Notes: generated by a model not told the origin, from the letters alone. A DNA stretch of 64,000 nucleotides from Selaginella moellendorffii (GCF_000143415.4 NW_003314278.1:962682-1026681), one strand, 5' to 3'. Counted from the stretch's first letter, positions 35,650-49,301 are shown. Translations and numbers: made by a program.

Positions 35650-38174
35650 GATGAGCAAATGAGCAAATCTAGTACCAAGAGTTAGTTTCTGAGACAAGTT
35701 TAAAACTTACTAAATATGGAATGTCCCTAGATTGCAAATTTAGACACGGGATAAACACCATTATGTTTAAGCCAATCTCTACATTCTATAAATATGCCAA
35801 ATAAAAAAATCCAGATACTTTCTATAAATAGCATTTAAGATTGAAATGAGACTAACACAAAGGGCATGACAGTGAGCCTCAGGGTGTTTGGCAGACGCGG
35901 TAAACTATCATCTAGTGAATATTGAGGGACCAATCTCAATATCGTGGGGGTTCCATATACTAGCAAGTGTAAGCCAATGACACGAGTTTCTCAAACTAAG
36001 CGGAGTATGCTCAGTAAGAAACACATAGGGTTCCTACCTTATGTTTATCTAATTTAAGTGCAAGGTCATTAACCAGTTTCTCAACTAGCTCAAGTGGGAA
36101 TGATAAAGAGAACCAACTATACTAACCTCTTGCTGTCATAGTAGTAAAGAAAGAGTGTTAGTAAGGATTGGCCAACAGGTATCTTTCGATACTCGAAGTC
36201 ATATTTATGACACTCTCCCCCCCCTTGGGGAAGATCAACGTCCTCATTGATGCATACCCAAGTCTAGCAAACCTTCAAGGAAACAACTCTGAAAGTTAAT
36301 GGAAAGCATACTATGTGGGAAATACACTAACTTAAATGAGTTATGGAATGACCTCTCCTCTACATCCAAGGACGTTAAGACTTAGACACCTTCGGGCCAT
36401 CACTGACAAGGAAATGACTAACAGAGTTAGCCCCCTTGCTACTCCTAGTACCACTCAGCTTACAAAGGAATGATATATCCCCGCCCGCAGGGACATAGGG
36501 AGAGGGCCAGAGGCCCAACTTCCCCTGAGCAAGAAATCAACTCTGTTGGGAAGATTTAAAAAACTATTATAAACTAGTGGATTAAGTTGTTTACACGACC
36601 ATACCTCTTTTCAAAAATGAGTCATCAAGAGAGAGGTGGGGACTTGTGATCAGTCTATAATAGTTATCCCCATATTTATGGATTATCGACCAAAGTGCCG
36701 AAGTCAGCTTGCCAAAACTGACTCAAGTACTAACGAATGAGAGACACAAAACTTTGATTTATAGAAATATATTATTTTATTAATTTGTAAGATTTATTAC
36801 AAAGTTTACAAAAGCTAGTCTTTATTACTATTCTCATACTCCATGACAAGCTCACAAGCATGTGAAAGATTCTGAAGAGGTTCCCAAGTTGATTCACAAG
36901 TCGGGCAACCTTTCCACTTAACTAGATATTCCTTGGAATGACCACCATGAGCTTTGCCAGACAAGAGAATCATCTCGACCTTATACTCAAGGTCATCATG
37001 CACAACTTCTGGAGGGGGACGAATGTCCATAGAGTGATCCACATCAACACAATATGGTGCCAGTAAACTAACATGAAACAGATCATGTACATGGGACAAC
37101 TCATCTAGAAGATCCAACTTGTAGGATACATCACAACAAAGTAGCACAGTATGTTACTATCCATATAACCCTTGGTATGTCTACCCAAATAGTGTCTCTA
37201 GTGTTCTAACGCCGACACTATAGCAAACATCTCTTTCTCATGCGTTGGCCATCTTTGTTGAGTTTCATCCAATTTCTTGGAATAGAATGCAACATGACAA
37301 CCATATCACCTTAACATAACACTAACTGCTTTGTCACAATATTGCTGTAATATGGCACCTATAGCATAGCCAGATGCATCATAATGCACTTCGAAGGGTT
37401 TATAAAGATCCAGGATCCTGAGAACAGGAACTGTAGTCAAGATTTCCTTCAACCGTACAAAAGCACGCTGATAAGCTGGCGTCCAATGAAACGGTATACT
37501 ACTCTTCATTAACTCAGTCAACGAAAGAGCAATTCTTGCAAAATTGTAGACAAACTTGCAATAGTATCCCGCTAAACCGAGAAAGGAACAAACATCTAAT
37601 ACAGTAGTTAGGATTTCCCAAGACTTCAGCACTTCCACCTTCTTTGGATCCACCTCAATTATGCCACCACCAATTGTATGTCTGAGAAAGTTTACACGCA
37701 AAAGGGCATTTACTTTCCTTAGCATACAGTTTAGGTTCGCACAACTTTTGAAACACCAGATCCAAGTGTTTCAAATGATCCTCCAACGTTTCACTGAAGA
37801 CTAGAACATCGTTGATATATAGGATAACAAATGTGTCCAAATAATCTCCGAATATTCTATCCATCATAGTGCTAAATGTTGCCAGAGCATTGCATAACCC
37901 AAATGGCATGACAAGGAACTTATAAGATCCATACTGAGTCTTAAAGGCTGTTTTCTCCACATCCTAATCTGCCACCCGTATCTGATGATATTTAGACTAC
38001 AAATCAAGTTGCATAAAATACTTAGCCTTTAAGAGTTGGTCAAACAAGTCATCAATGCGAGGCAAAGGATAACTATTTTTTACTGTGATCGTGTTGAGTG
38101 CCCAGTAGTCAATACACATTCTCATGGTTCCATCCTTTTTCATAACAAAAAGGATCGGTGCTCCATAAGGAAGC
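35650..38174 (-). mobile_element. Truncated decayed chromovirus (family F): RT, RNase H, chromodomain, PPT, 3' LTR; most of integrase deleted
   Basis: [27 protein letters not shown] and EYLVKWKG..STWEP; PPT at 36213-36223. Confidence 0.85.
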
Positions 38175-38426
38175 TCTATTTCGTTAAAGTGGGATTTATT
38201 CAGTAAAATGGGACTAGGTACAAATTTTCAAGTATTTGAAAATGACGTGAAATTATATGTTTTTTGTCAAGGGGCTAGACATATCTGGGGCATGGTGACT
38301 AGCGCGGTGACTTTGTGTCCAGACTGAGTCCATCTGGTTGTATAATAAATCTCATTGTCAAGGTGAACAAGCCGAATCTAAAGCTAAAGAAGAGCGATGG
38401 CATGCGCGCACACACTATTTGTTTGT

Positions 38427-39999
38427 TCATTGAGCGTGTGGTGAGCTTTCCAAGATGAACGTCATTCCTAACCCTACAATCTGACGGCCAACATATTCAC
38501 TGGGATGGCATGGGGCCCCACATGATACTGCAAGCCTTTGCTCCTCCTCCAGCTGAACCCTATATGGGGTTCGATCGACAAGGGCTTTATGCAAGGGTTG
38601 GCCGTTCAGCTCAGTCTGCGTACTTTGCAGAGACCTTAAGTGTTTTGCTAGGGACGCAATCATCATGTTTGCACCCCTGCCACCCCATAGAGGTACAAAG
38701 AAGTTCCCATAGTTCTGGGCACCATGCCCATGAGCGATTATGCCAAACAAAGACACAAGCAGCTGCATGGATGAAGAGATTGCCTTGGGGGCAGGATTGA
38801 GTCAAGGTAAGCACGTCTTTTTCTGCTCCATTTTGTCGTGGATGATGCAGAGGTAAGAGTTAGGTCTCTCCATGGAGAGAATCCTGTTATGATAATATGC
38901 AGTCCTACAGCTTCTCTGCTCGATGTTGTGGTCGAGCTGCCTTCTAACCAATGTCTCTCACTCTTGAGCGATGCAAGAATTCTTTGACAAAGCCATTTTG
39001 ATAGCAGTGCACTCGTCACACTTTGAAAAGCTGGAGTACTTTCCTATACTCACATCCCTGAACCTGTTGCTCCACAATCTACTAAATCTAGATTGGCTCA
39101 GCTTCCTGTAGCCATTACTCTGGAGTTCCCGATTCACATCTTCCAATATGGCCCCCTTGGTATACATGGATCCATCTTCCAAGAGGCGGGTTTTATGTGG
39201 TTGTTGCTCGCTACATGTCTCGAAAAACCTCTTGAAGATTGCCTCTCCATATACAACATGACCCCTGGTTTTGTGAGTACCGTCGTTCCCATGGACTGCC
39301 AGTTCAACCCTTTGTTCCTCGAACTCAGTTTTGATTCTGTACAATGTGGTTCGAGGGACTCCATAAATGATTCTCCATGCCTTCATGCAGACCAAACCCC
39401 TCTGGAAGACCATGCCCCCCACCTGATGTTCTGAAGCATCAACAGATGACCGTAATGCCTCATACATAAAATTGCGAGCTGCCTTCCAGGACAATGTCTT
39501 GTATCTTGCTCTCTCCTCTTCAATAGCATCCCAATCAGCATGTTGACAGCACCCCCTCTTGCAACAAGCAACTGTCGAGACCATTTGAACCTCCATCGCC
39601 ATTTTCTGCCTTTTCGGTTCGTTGCTCAGATCCCTTTGGCTGCGCTTTAGGAAGGTGTACTTTCTTTTCCCATGAAGAGATGTTCTGTCATCAGTTGTAG
39701 TGGTGTTTGATTGTGAATCCTTCACATTCTCAAACACTAAGTGCCTCAATTTCCACCGCACAATGCTTCCAATAGTCAGATTGTTTTCTTCTGTGTCAAC
39801 AACCTCTAAAATCGCAACTCCAATATCATCCCAGCCCAATTCTTGATTAGCAACTGCATCTCTTGGATCGACAACTATGGCTAAGCCCTCAACTACCACC
39901 TCCCCCTCGGGGTTGTTTAGAAACACCTTTGCCTGAATCCATGTAGCACGGTTCTTAAGATCCACGGAGGGAACATGCGTCGCACTTGCGGAGGCTATT
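38427..39999 (-). pseudogene. Decayed DDE transposase-like gene (Sola/DUF7869-like) with an N-terminal En/Spm Tnp1-like domain
   Basis: VCMKAWRIIYG, HGN, FSKCDEC; reading through TGA stops gives YLCIIHDKMEQKKTCLP and GIIAHGHG. The N-terminal VVEG..DP..V.NQELG...V..W pattern resembles the CACTA accessory domain. Family assignments are from memory of motifs. Confidence 0.6.
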
Positions 40000-40619
40000 C
40001 TGAAAGTGCAGAAAAGAAGTTAAGACCATACAAAAAATGATTGGAGAATGGCCTAAATCATAACATACCAAACAACCTCAATAGCATGAGGCCACATGCC
40101 ATTATTCAAACATGCTATTGACACCCACGTGAAATTTCGCATTCACAAAATTGGCATGAGGCCTCATGCCATCTTGATATACACACAGTTGCAGGCAAGT
40201 AAAAACATACATGACAATACGCTAGCCATGAAATTGCAAGGGCCCAAGATGGCATGTGGCCTCATGCCATTTCTAAATGTGGTCCTAAGCCATTCCATGG
40301 TGAACATACCAGGAAGCACAAGTGCCGAATATCAAGAGGAAGCGGTAGCCACACCAAAGACAGTGCCGCTCGCAACACCACAACTACTCGTAGTGCCGCT
40401 CGCAACACCGCAACTGCTCGTAGCGCCGCTCGCACAAACTGCCACTCGCATAAACTGCCGCTCGCAATGGCGCTCGCAATGCCGCAACCGCTCGTAGACA
40501 CATAAACCACAGCTCACAATGCCGCTTACACAAGCAGCGCTCACTGCGCTCAGCGGAACCAAGAACACGGCGCACAAAAATGATAGACCTAGGAATGAGT
40601 TCGAGAATTCAAAAATAAC

Positions 40620-42550
40620 ACACGCTTGAACATCACATCAAATCATCTGACAAACCAGATCTTATGATTCCTTTGACAAATTTCAAACTAAGTAGCTTCT
40701 AGACTTTGCTGTTGGACGTTGAACTTTGTCACATCATGTCCTTGCCTCGATCCAGCTGTGCCATGTCAGTGATTCGAACTTTGCCATGCCATGTCAGCGA
40801 TCCGCGCCAAGATTATTCGCCGTGTAAAGGAATAATTATGCTCTGTGTGTACGTCCATTTATGGCAATATAAGGCCACATGCCATTCAAAGAATAATGCT
40901 AGTCGAGCATTTTTTGGTGCATTTTTGGGTTCAAAATTGCATGAGCCCACACGCTATAAAGTTTACCTGTACCAAAAATAGAAACAGCTTTATTTACTTG
41001 GGAATTTAAGTGGTTGAGGCATTTTTAAACTTACAAACACATGCCCTACTTACATTCCTTTGGTTGCTTAAAATTCAAAAATATTATAAACCTTTCTTTT
41101 TGCATTTTCAATGTTTTCAATTATGGTTTTTGATTTTCGCAGGACCAGCCTAGTAATCTATTTGCATCCCGTCATGTTTATAGCTAGCTTTCGTTTGTCC
41201 CCTTCGCTAGCCTGAGATACATCTGCTCGGCATCTGCCTCTTACAGCATTTGCCCAGAAAGGGCATCTTTCTTCACGCAGCATTTGCCACATGTTTAGGG
41301 TTTAGGGTTTAGCAATTCAGTAGCTTGATAAACATGCAAATACAGAACTTGATGCAAAATCCTTTGATATGTCACAATGCCCCTAGGACCATAAACACAT
41401 TTCAATAGAGAGAGTCCTTTCATTTCATAACTCCTTACGTAGATCTTGGTGAAACCAGAGTTAGTGAAGTTGGTTTCTTGTGATCCCGCATCTGATTGTG
41501 ATGTCCCTTTGCAGTGTCGATGGAAAGGTCAATGCACACCAAACTGTAAAATCTTGGAGCAAAATAACGGTCGGATCTATGGCAAATGCCCCTGAAACAT
41601 TGTAAAGCTCGTGTGGTCTTATGTGGTGTCCGATCGAGATGCTTCTTTGCAGGGTCATCAAGAAAGACATTGTATACCATTTTGTAAAATCTAGTTGCGA
41701 TCTAACGGTTGGATCTCCAGAAAACTCAAAAAAATCTCGCGCGTGTCAGAATATTCTAGGAATATACTCCTATGTGCCCCTTAAAATGGCATGCGGCCCC
41801 ACGCCATTTAAGAGATAACGCCAGATGACACCGAGCATTTTTTGGTGCATTTTTTGGGATCAAAATTGCATGAGCCCACACGCTTGAACGTCACATCAAA
41901 TCCTCTGACAAACCAGATCTTATAATTCCTCTGACAAATTTCAAACTGAGTAGCTTCTAGACTTTGCTGTCGGACGTTGAACTTTGTCACATCATGTCCT
42001 TGCCTCTCTATCCAGCTGTGCCATGTCAGTGATTCGAACTTTGCCATGCCATGTCAGCGATCTGCACCAAGATTATTCGCCGTGTAACTACTCGGCATCT
42101 GCCTCTTACAGAATTTGCCCAGAAAGGGCATCTTTCTTCACGCAGCATTTGCCACATATTTAGGGAGGGTTTAGGGTTTAGCAATTCAGTAGCTTGATAA
42201 ACATGCAAATACAGAACTTGATGCAAAATCCTTTGATATGTCACAATGCCCCTAGGACATAAACACATTTCAATAGAGAGGGTCCTTTCATTTCATAATT
42301 CCTTACGTAGATCTTGGTGAAACCAGAGTTAGTGAATTTGGTTTCTTGTGATCCCGCATCTGATTGTGATGTCCCTTTGCAGTGTCGATGGAAAGGTCAA
42401 TGCACACTAAACTGTAGAATCTTGGAGCAAAATAACGGTCGGATCTATGGCAAATGCCCCTGAAACATTGTAAGGCTCGTGTGGTCTCATGTGGTGTCCG
42501 ATCGAGATGCTTCTTTGCAGGGTCATCAAGAAGGACATTGTATACCATTC
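40620..42550. repeat. Rearranged local duplication (40620-40830 ~ 41880-42087; 41225-41680 ~ 42090-42550) including short TTTAGGG runs
   Basis: Near-identical blocks; TTTAGGG x2.7 at 41294-41312. Confidence 0.85.
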
Positions 42551-42866
42551 TTTATTTAGCTGAACATCTGGCATTTTTGGAAATACAAGATGCTTTGGAA
42601 TATCCAATCATGCATGGTATAAATATAGCGAGGGTATTAAATGATATCCCAATCATGATCTTTCTTTTGGATTTCGCGTGCATGCAGTCCGAGGAATGAT
42701 GACGTTGCGGATTTCTTTTGGATTTCACGTGCATGCATGCGCGCGGCGATCCAGAAATTAATGGTGGCGCCCAAGTCCGAGGAATGATGACGTTGCGGGA
42801 TTAGTGACATTTCGCGTGTGTGAGGTTAGGTTTTGCATTTTGCTTCATACTCGCACTCGCATCACG

Positions 42867-42966
42867 NNNNNNNNNNNNNNNNNNNNNNNNNNNNNNNNNN
42901 NNNNNNNNNNNNNNNNNNNNNNNNNNNNNNNNNNNNNNNNNNNNNNNNNNNNNNNNNNNNNNNNNN
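42867..42966. other. Assembly gap (100 N)
   Basis: Run of N; true size unknown. Confidence 1.
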
Positions 42967-43490
42967 CTCGTGTGCATCGGCGTCCACTCGCGCTTGCATC
43001 ACACTCGCGCTCGCATCGCGCTCGTGTGCATCGGTGTCCACTTCAAGACACACCCAGTTTGTAACTTCGCTGCCAACTCCGCTGCCCACTCCACCACCCA
43101 CACGCAGCCCACTTGGCGTCCCGGGAGATTTTAGCGCCACTCTCCAACTGTAAGTGGCAGAGTAGCATTGCTGCTACGATCCGCTGCACACACAGTGCAC
43201 ATTCGCCAGCGAGTTCGGCCTCGATTGTCACGCCTCCATTCGGCTTCAAATGGTAAGTCTTTTAGGCCAAGTAGAAAATGGCATGAGGCCACATGCCATT
43301 CAGTAGCAACATTGGCATGCACCGATTGGGCTCTCGAGTGCAGTCCGGTTACAGATGGCGTGTAGCCTCACGCCATCTTAGGATGCAGCCTCAAGACATC
43401 TGATGTAGTGGTGAATGGCGTGTGGCCTCACGTTATTTCCAGCTGCTAGCTTTTCATCTGTCAGCTCTAATTGTTGTGCATTTTTGAACA

Positions 43491-44125
43491 GGCGAAGAAT
43501 TGCGTTCTTCTTCCAGCCACTATCAATGTGGATGCAGAGAAGGGGGAGGAGCTCACCAGTTGGACTTTCGGGATGGAAGGCGAGGATCTGAGGTTGTACA
43601 ACACAAATGGTGGGAGAAAAGAATGCATGGGGATCCTTATCCAAGTGACAGATACTCCATGCAGTTCCATGCAAGAATATGGACTGGCACTTGTGGTAGA
43701 GACAGCGTCCGCCTTCAAGATCCACCTTGCACATCCTAGCGGCTTCCCGGAGGGGGGCAGCGGCTATGAGGAATTCCTAGAGGGAGCTAGGGAGAGGTTG
43801 TCCAGGAGGCCCACAATTTCAAAGACGCTGCAGGTCTATGAAGATCACATGGAATCCACGGACCTCACCTACGGCGATGTTCAAAAATTATATTCCAACA
43901 TTGAGCCGTTGAGAGTGACTCCAGTTCGCGAAGCGAAGGGGAAGGGGGTCGATCTGGAAACTACCCCGAAGCAGAAAAGGGTGGTCAAGCTCAAGCCGAC
44001 GTCCGACTCTCCTACTCCAAAAAAGAAGCTACTCGGTGATGCCATTGCATCGGGTTCGAACACTACACCCACCAAAGCCACAAAAACCAGGACAAGGACG
44101 TGCACTAGCAACTAGCGCTTGGCAG
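43491..44125 (+). CDS. Exon of an unknown, probably transposon-borne gene (~210 codons, basic S/T/K-rich tail)
   Basis: Open frame bounded by the acceptor TTTTGAACAG (43490) and the donor CAG|GTAAGC (44126); upstream donor GTAAGT at 43253; a TAG at 44113 suggests decay or a terminal codon. Confidence 0.45.
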
Positions 44126-44956
44126 GTAAGCCTCGTTGCATGTGGCATAGCATGTGGCCTCACGCCATGGAAAAGGGAGAAAAAGACAAGCTCGAGGATT
44201 CAAGCTTAGGAAAGTAAACTTGAGAGGTTCAAGGTTAGGACTGTATTCCTAACCTTGACGTGAGCAGTAGCGACTATAAAAGTAGGACTTAGAATGTTTT
44301 TAGACTTATCCCTAATACAAAATACATTGCACTACATCGTCTTACTGCTTATCTCTTCGGCTCTTCACAGCAATGTCTTACTTACCCACCGCCTTCAAGG
44401 GATCAAAGGCGTGGGACTAGCACCTTCAAGTACATGTTCACAGTCTCTACTTGGCTTGGTACAAGCAGGTAAGTGCACTCTTCTCGTAGTGTAGTTTTAG
44501 TTTTAGGGACTAGATTAGATTTGAATCTCCTAGGAAGATCTCGTGTGGACGTTTCCTCCCAGTCCAGGAGTTTTCACTGGCGACCACGGTGGGATGAGAC
44601 GACGTGAAGAGCTCATGGAATAGAGCAGACCAAGACGCTCATTTCCCCCAAAACTTCAAGGAAAACGGACCAAAGACGCACAAGAAAATGGCATAGGAAG
44701 AAAAAGCCCCAAAAATCAAGAAAAACAAGACCGTAAAACAAAAACGGTGGAAGAGCATGAAGGAATGAAGAAAAAAAAATGGAGCGTAAGACCAAAAGAT
44801 GAAGAACACTTGAAGATTGAAGCCACCTAAGTCGTGGAAAACTTGGAGCATACGCATAACTGTTTTTGGCGAGAGGTTGAAGAAAGCGAATATTCCAAGG
44901 ATCTGCGATAAGGAAACGACTAAGGGAAAATTCTAGCGGCTGGAGATGGAGGAAGA

Positions 44957-45748
44957 ATGAAAAAGCACAACTGCCCATTTGGAGACACAAGCTGTACAAG
45001 ATACGAAGACTGCCTTTTGTGTGGTTTCAGAAATTGTGCAAAACCGTACAAGCAATGCTATCCAAAATGGCGATGCGACACTTGCAAGCAAGCAAAAGCA
45101 AGACTCCGAATCAGGGATGACATTGCCGCAGCGGAGGAGAGTAGGAAACGAGAAGAAATAGCCCAAGAAAATGACACCAAAAAGAGAGACGATAGTTTAG
45201 AACAAGCTGCGAAACAAAGCTTTAGTTGTTTACAAAAACTTCAAGAAACGATTCTACGACTCTTCTACAAATTGTCTAGCAAATAGGAGGGATGCAAAAA
45301 TGAGGAAATGTTGAAAGAAAAATATGTTTACTTCGATTTCTTTGCAACTCGAAGAACCCTGACTTGGGTGTATCGCGGACACCTCTTTCAACAAACGATT
45401 GTTGAATTCCTAGGCATACACAAACATGAAACTTTTCAACCATTAACGCTTGCTTTCAACACTGATTTGACGAGAGTCATAGCAGCAACAGAGTGTGGAA
45501 TTTTTGAACCACAAGTTCGTTGGTTTGTGGACACTCTTAGATTTAGAGATTTCGAAGAGAACGCGGAATTACTTTACCGACTTCTTCAAAGTCCTCTCCG
45601 TGTAACGCTACCAACAAGCACTCTTCTCGAATTATATGCTATAGCATATTGGCACCGTTTAGGACGGACGAGAATAGCTGGAGAATTGAGAAATCAAGGA
45701 CAAGGCCATCAACAAATTCCAATTCGGAATTCGAGTTTAAGAAACTGA
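44957..45748 (+). pseudogene. Extra ORF upstream of gag in element D (Cys-rich N-terminus), one in-frame TAG
   Basis: ORFs 44957-45286 and 45308-45748 are in the same frame. Confidence 0.45.
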
Positions 45749-46919
45749 CGGGAACCTGAACTTGCATCAAGTTCAAGGGAACGACTTGTAAACTCAAGGA
45801 TAACAAGTCGAAGGAGGAGAAATTTAAGACAGAATCACAATAGGCCAAGATTAAATACAGTAACAAACTTCAACTTTGACACTGAGGTCCAACATCGAAA
45901 CCCCAGCCTAGAGCTACATATCACTCGCAACCAACAAGGAAGAGTGCGTCCAAGCAGTCTCAACATTTTAAGGAGTATTTTAGGAGATCCTGCGTCAAGG
46001 ATTCAAACTTATAATGCAAGGGTATTAATTGAGACTATCCCTTGGGAAGTTCGTGAAGCGATCGACTCTGATCGTGAAAGAGAACGTGCTATACGACAGA
46101 GGGAAGTAGAACACCACCGGCAAGAACAGCATCGGGGAAATGCACCATCACGCAATCGACCATAGAGAAAATTGCGCTGGATAAACCCGCGCACACATAG
46201 GCTTAAAGCAACAAGAATCTGTTGGAAACTATACTGTGACGTGTGGACGTCATTAGAGACTAGAAACATACAAGAATTAGGACATTAAAATACAACCACT
46301 GCTGTATTCAGCATTTTCAAATACTACCAACGACTGGGAAACACAAACGTTCATAGTGAGAGCTCGCATTCCAGTATGACCAACATATTGTAAGAGACCA
46401 AAACAATTGTTCAAGAATTTAGATAAGATTGGACTCCTAAAGAGAGTTGCAATCGTTTGCATACCTGCTCGATCCCAAACTTGGAGAGCAGCACCAAATA
46501 TCACTAGCGAACAGCTACATCGATCAATATATGACACAACCAACCTCCTTCCACAAACAAAATCGTACTTACTTACACCACCAGATTTTTCAAATACAAG
46601 ACCTTTCCTAAGCTAGACTCAGGAAAGTGACCTCGAGAAGAAACTCGGGAAGAATCGAGAAAGAAAAACTCGATTGAAGACTCAAGACACAAGAGCTTGA
46701 CTTCGCATTTCTACTACAAAACCAAACTTGCAGAAGACTCAAGACACAAGAGCTTGACTTCGCATTTATACACCAAAAACAAACTTGCTGAAGACTCAAG
46801 ACATAAGAGCTTGACTTTGCAATCTATGAAGAACAACATCTGACTCCAGACAACTTAGGCAAAACATAAATTCAGGAAACTTATTTCAACATTCAAGTTG
46901 AGAAGACTCAGCAAACTGA

Positions 46920-49301
46920 ATGTACAAACGCAAACCAGACCCAATCAAGATCCGGGAAAGAGATCTTCGACAAAAGAATCGAGAAGTGAAAAAGGAAGAG
47001 ATAGGAAAAGAGAAACTAGAACAACAACAGCAACAAATTTTAGAAACAATATTAGAGAAGTACGACAAGGAGGATAAAGAAATTCAAGTTGCCGAGTCAA
47101 GCAACTTAGCCAACGATAACAAAGAACTAAATAGTGAAGACGCCCCAAAGTTTGAGGCATTTGAAGAAGCCGAATACATAGCACCAAAGTTTTACTCCAA
47201 TCCAGACTCACCAGAACAACAACTTCACCAACAAAGTCTACAATTTCAAATGGCAATCATCAACCCAGCGACAGCCATAGGGAACATGATTTCCTATCCC
47301 ATTTTTACTGGTGGAAAAACCGAAGATGCGAACCAGCATCTTAAACAATTTGATCAAATTGTAAAGATGAACAAGCAAGAAATGCATCGAGAAATACTTT
47401 TCCCATACACACTTAAAGGAAAAGCACTCGATTGGCATAATACACTCAATGATGCTTTGACCCATGATGAAAAGGTCACACAATTCAAGGAGCAATTCCA
47501 GACCGGTGGAACTCCAGAAGAACACTATGAGGTCATCAAAAACTTCAAGCAAAAATCACGTGAAGGAATTCAAGATTATACTCGAAGATTTAAGTTTCAT
47601 GCAAAGCGCTGCAAGGATTTGATAACAGATAAAGGAAAGAGCTTATCCTATATCCAAGGACTAAAAGAAATCTATAGAAACATGGTAGCAATTGCTGCTG
47701 CAACAGAGAATCCAGATGATGAAAGTGTTGATACACTCTCCAAAGAAATCCTCACATTGGAAAAGCGATTCAAGCAATTCACAAAAGCTATACCTCCACA
47801 AACCGATGACGGTTCAGATGATGAAGAAGAGGAAGAAATACGCATTAAGACAAAGAAGAAAACACCAAAAGACCAAGACTTGAAGGATATAATTAGGAAA
47901 ATCTCACAAACCGAACTCAAAGCAGGAGTGTGGTGTACAAAGTGTAAAAACGAGGGACATACATATTTGGAATGCAAATTACAGCTTCCAAAGTGTCAAA
48001 TTTGTGAAAGAGAAGGCCATACAGCCAAGAAATGCCGATACAGGAATACAATGGAAGTTTCAAGAATCGAGAATGTTCCTCAACAAGAGCCCAATCCTCA
48101 ATATCAAGGCAATTGGAATCAAAACGTGCGACCACCACGAAATCAACTTCCAAGATATAACAATTATTATCAACGTGATGATAATTTGTATAATCAAAGA
48201 GGAAACTTTTACCGTCAGAACAATCACAACTACAATAGAATACCCCCTCAAGATCAAAGACCAAACAACTATATTGGAAATTATGGAAGAAACTACAATA
48301 CATATCAGCCACGTGATGGACCTCATGACAACTATCAACGTCCTCCCCCACGAAATTACAATTATGATCAAGAACCATATCGCAACCATAATCAAAGACC
48401 ACCCCAGGCTCAAGGTTATAATTACAACCAGCAACCTGCACCACAACAAGATAATCGACCTCGGCAACCTTACCAAAATGCAAATCATGAAAATAACCAA
48501 GTCGTAAACAATCAAGCTCCAAGAGCAAGACCACCTGCAGCATGGAATGTTGAGGTCGAAGTCGAAGACTCACAAACTTATGAAGAACCAGCAATACGAG
48601 CAATCACGAGACAACAATACAAGTATCAACAACCAGATAATTTGGAAGAACAAGATCACGATGATGAACTGGAAATTATCCCAGAAACCGAATGGAAGAA
48701 AAACAAGAAAGTACTTAAAGCAATTCAAGCTGAATTGCAAGCACAAGATCCAGAAACAATCAAAGAACACGACAAACAATCAAACAATCAAGAAACAAGA
48801 AGTTTTACCCAAGAGGAGCTGGTACCTGTTCAGCAGAAAGAAAAGTTTCATGTGGAAGAGCAAGCTGAAGCAAGGTTGAAGCAAAACCTGGTGGAAGATG
48901 AACAGCCTGATCAGATTGAGCAACCAGCAGAAGAAGACGAAGACCTGCAGTGGATAAAGGAGTTTCAGACGCAGGAACTTGAGGTGGTGCTTCCGAAGTT
49001 TTGTGAGCAGACGGAGCAGAAGAAAAATTCAGTGCCAGAGTTTGACGTGGAACAGGCAGCAGCTGGACAAGCTGGCTTGGAGCAGAAAGCTGTTGTGAAG
49101 AAGAAAGAAGAAGATGTTAGACAACAAAGAGGTGTAGAAGTTCAGAACCTTGTGGAGCAGCCATCAAGAGGAGCCGTATACCCAGGCCAAAGTTTCAACT
49201 TGAAGGTGGCTGGTGTGAAGTTGATGAAGAGACGAGGAAGTGTGTTTCTCAGGTTCTGGTGGGACAGAGGCAAGCTGGTTTCATCCTTTGTAGCTCTGTA
49301 G
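46920..49301 (+). CDS. gag: Retrotransposon Gag (capsid domain, two CCHC knuckles, N/Q/Y/P-rich region), 793 aa
   Basis: FTGG..EDANQHL, LKGKALDW, QKSREGIQDYTRRF, CTKCKNEGHTYLEC, CQICEREGHTAKKC; no protease, RT or integrase motifs follow. Confidence 0.88.
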   Translation: MYKRKPDPIKIRERDLRQKNREVKKEEIGKEKLEQQQQQILETILEKYDKEDKEIQVAESSNLANDNKELNSEDAPKFEAFEEAEYIAPKFYSNPDSPEQQLHQQSLQFQMAIINPATAIGNMISYPIFTGGKTEDANQHLKQFDQIVKMNKQEMHREILFPYTLKGKALDWHNTLNDALTHDEKVTQFKEQFQTGGTPEEHYEVIKNFKQKSREGIQDYTRRFKFHAKRCKDLITDKGKSLSYIQGLKEIYRNMVAIAAATENPDDESVDTLSKEILTLEKRFKQFTKAIPPQTDDGSDDEEEEEIRIKTKKKTPKDQDLKDIIRKISQTELKAGVWCTKCKNEGHTYLECKLQLPKCQICEREGHTAKKCRYRNTMEVSRIENVPQQEPNPQYQGNWNQNVRPPRNQLPRYNNYYQRDDNLYNQRGNFYRQNNHNYNRIPPQDQRPNNYIGNYGRNYNTYQPRDGPHDNYQRPPPRNYNYDQEPYRNHNQRPPQAQGYNYNQQPAPQQDNRPRQPYQNANHENNQVVNNQAPRARPPAAWNVEVEVEDSQTYEEPAIRAITRQQYKYQQPDNLEEQDHDDELEIIPETEWKKNKKVLKAIQAELQAQDPETIKEHDKQSNNQETRSFTQEELVPVQQKEKFHVEEQAEARLKQNLVEDEQPDQIEQPAEEDEDLQWIKEFQTQELEVVLPKFCEQTEQKKNSVPEFDVEQAAAGQAGLEQKAVVKKKEEDVRQQRGVEVQNLVEQPSRGAVYPGQSFNLKVAGVKLMKRRGSVFLRFWWDRGKLVSSFVAL

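Larger units (their letters stand above)
40081..44168. repeat. Dispersed 22-bp palindrome ATGGCATG(A/T)GGCC(T/A)CATGCCAT, at least 9 copies
   Basis: Copies start at 40081, 40151, 40249, 40861, 41786, 43278, 43355, 43415 and 44147. Confidence 0.85.

Noticed and set aside
40081-40270. CRISPR-like repeat-spacer array
   Set aside because: Eukaryotic context, degenerate repeats, irregular spacing and no cas genes.
41294-41312. Telomere or chromosome-healing site
   Set aside because: Fewer than three TTTAGGG units inside a duplicated block; at most a telo-box-like motif.
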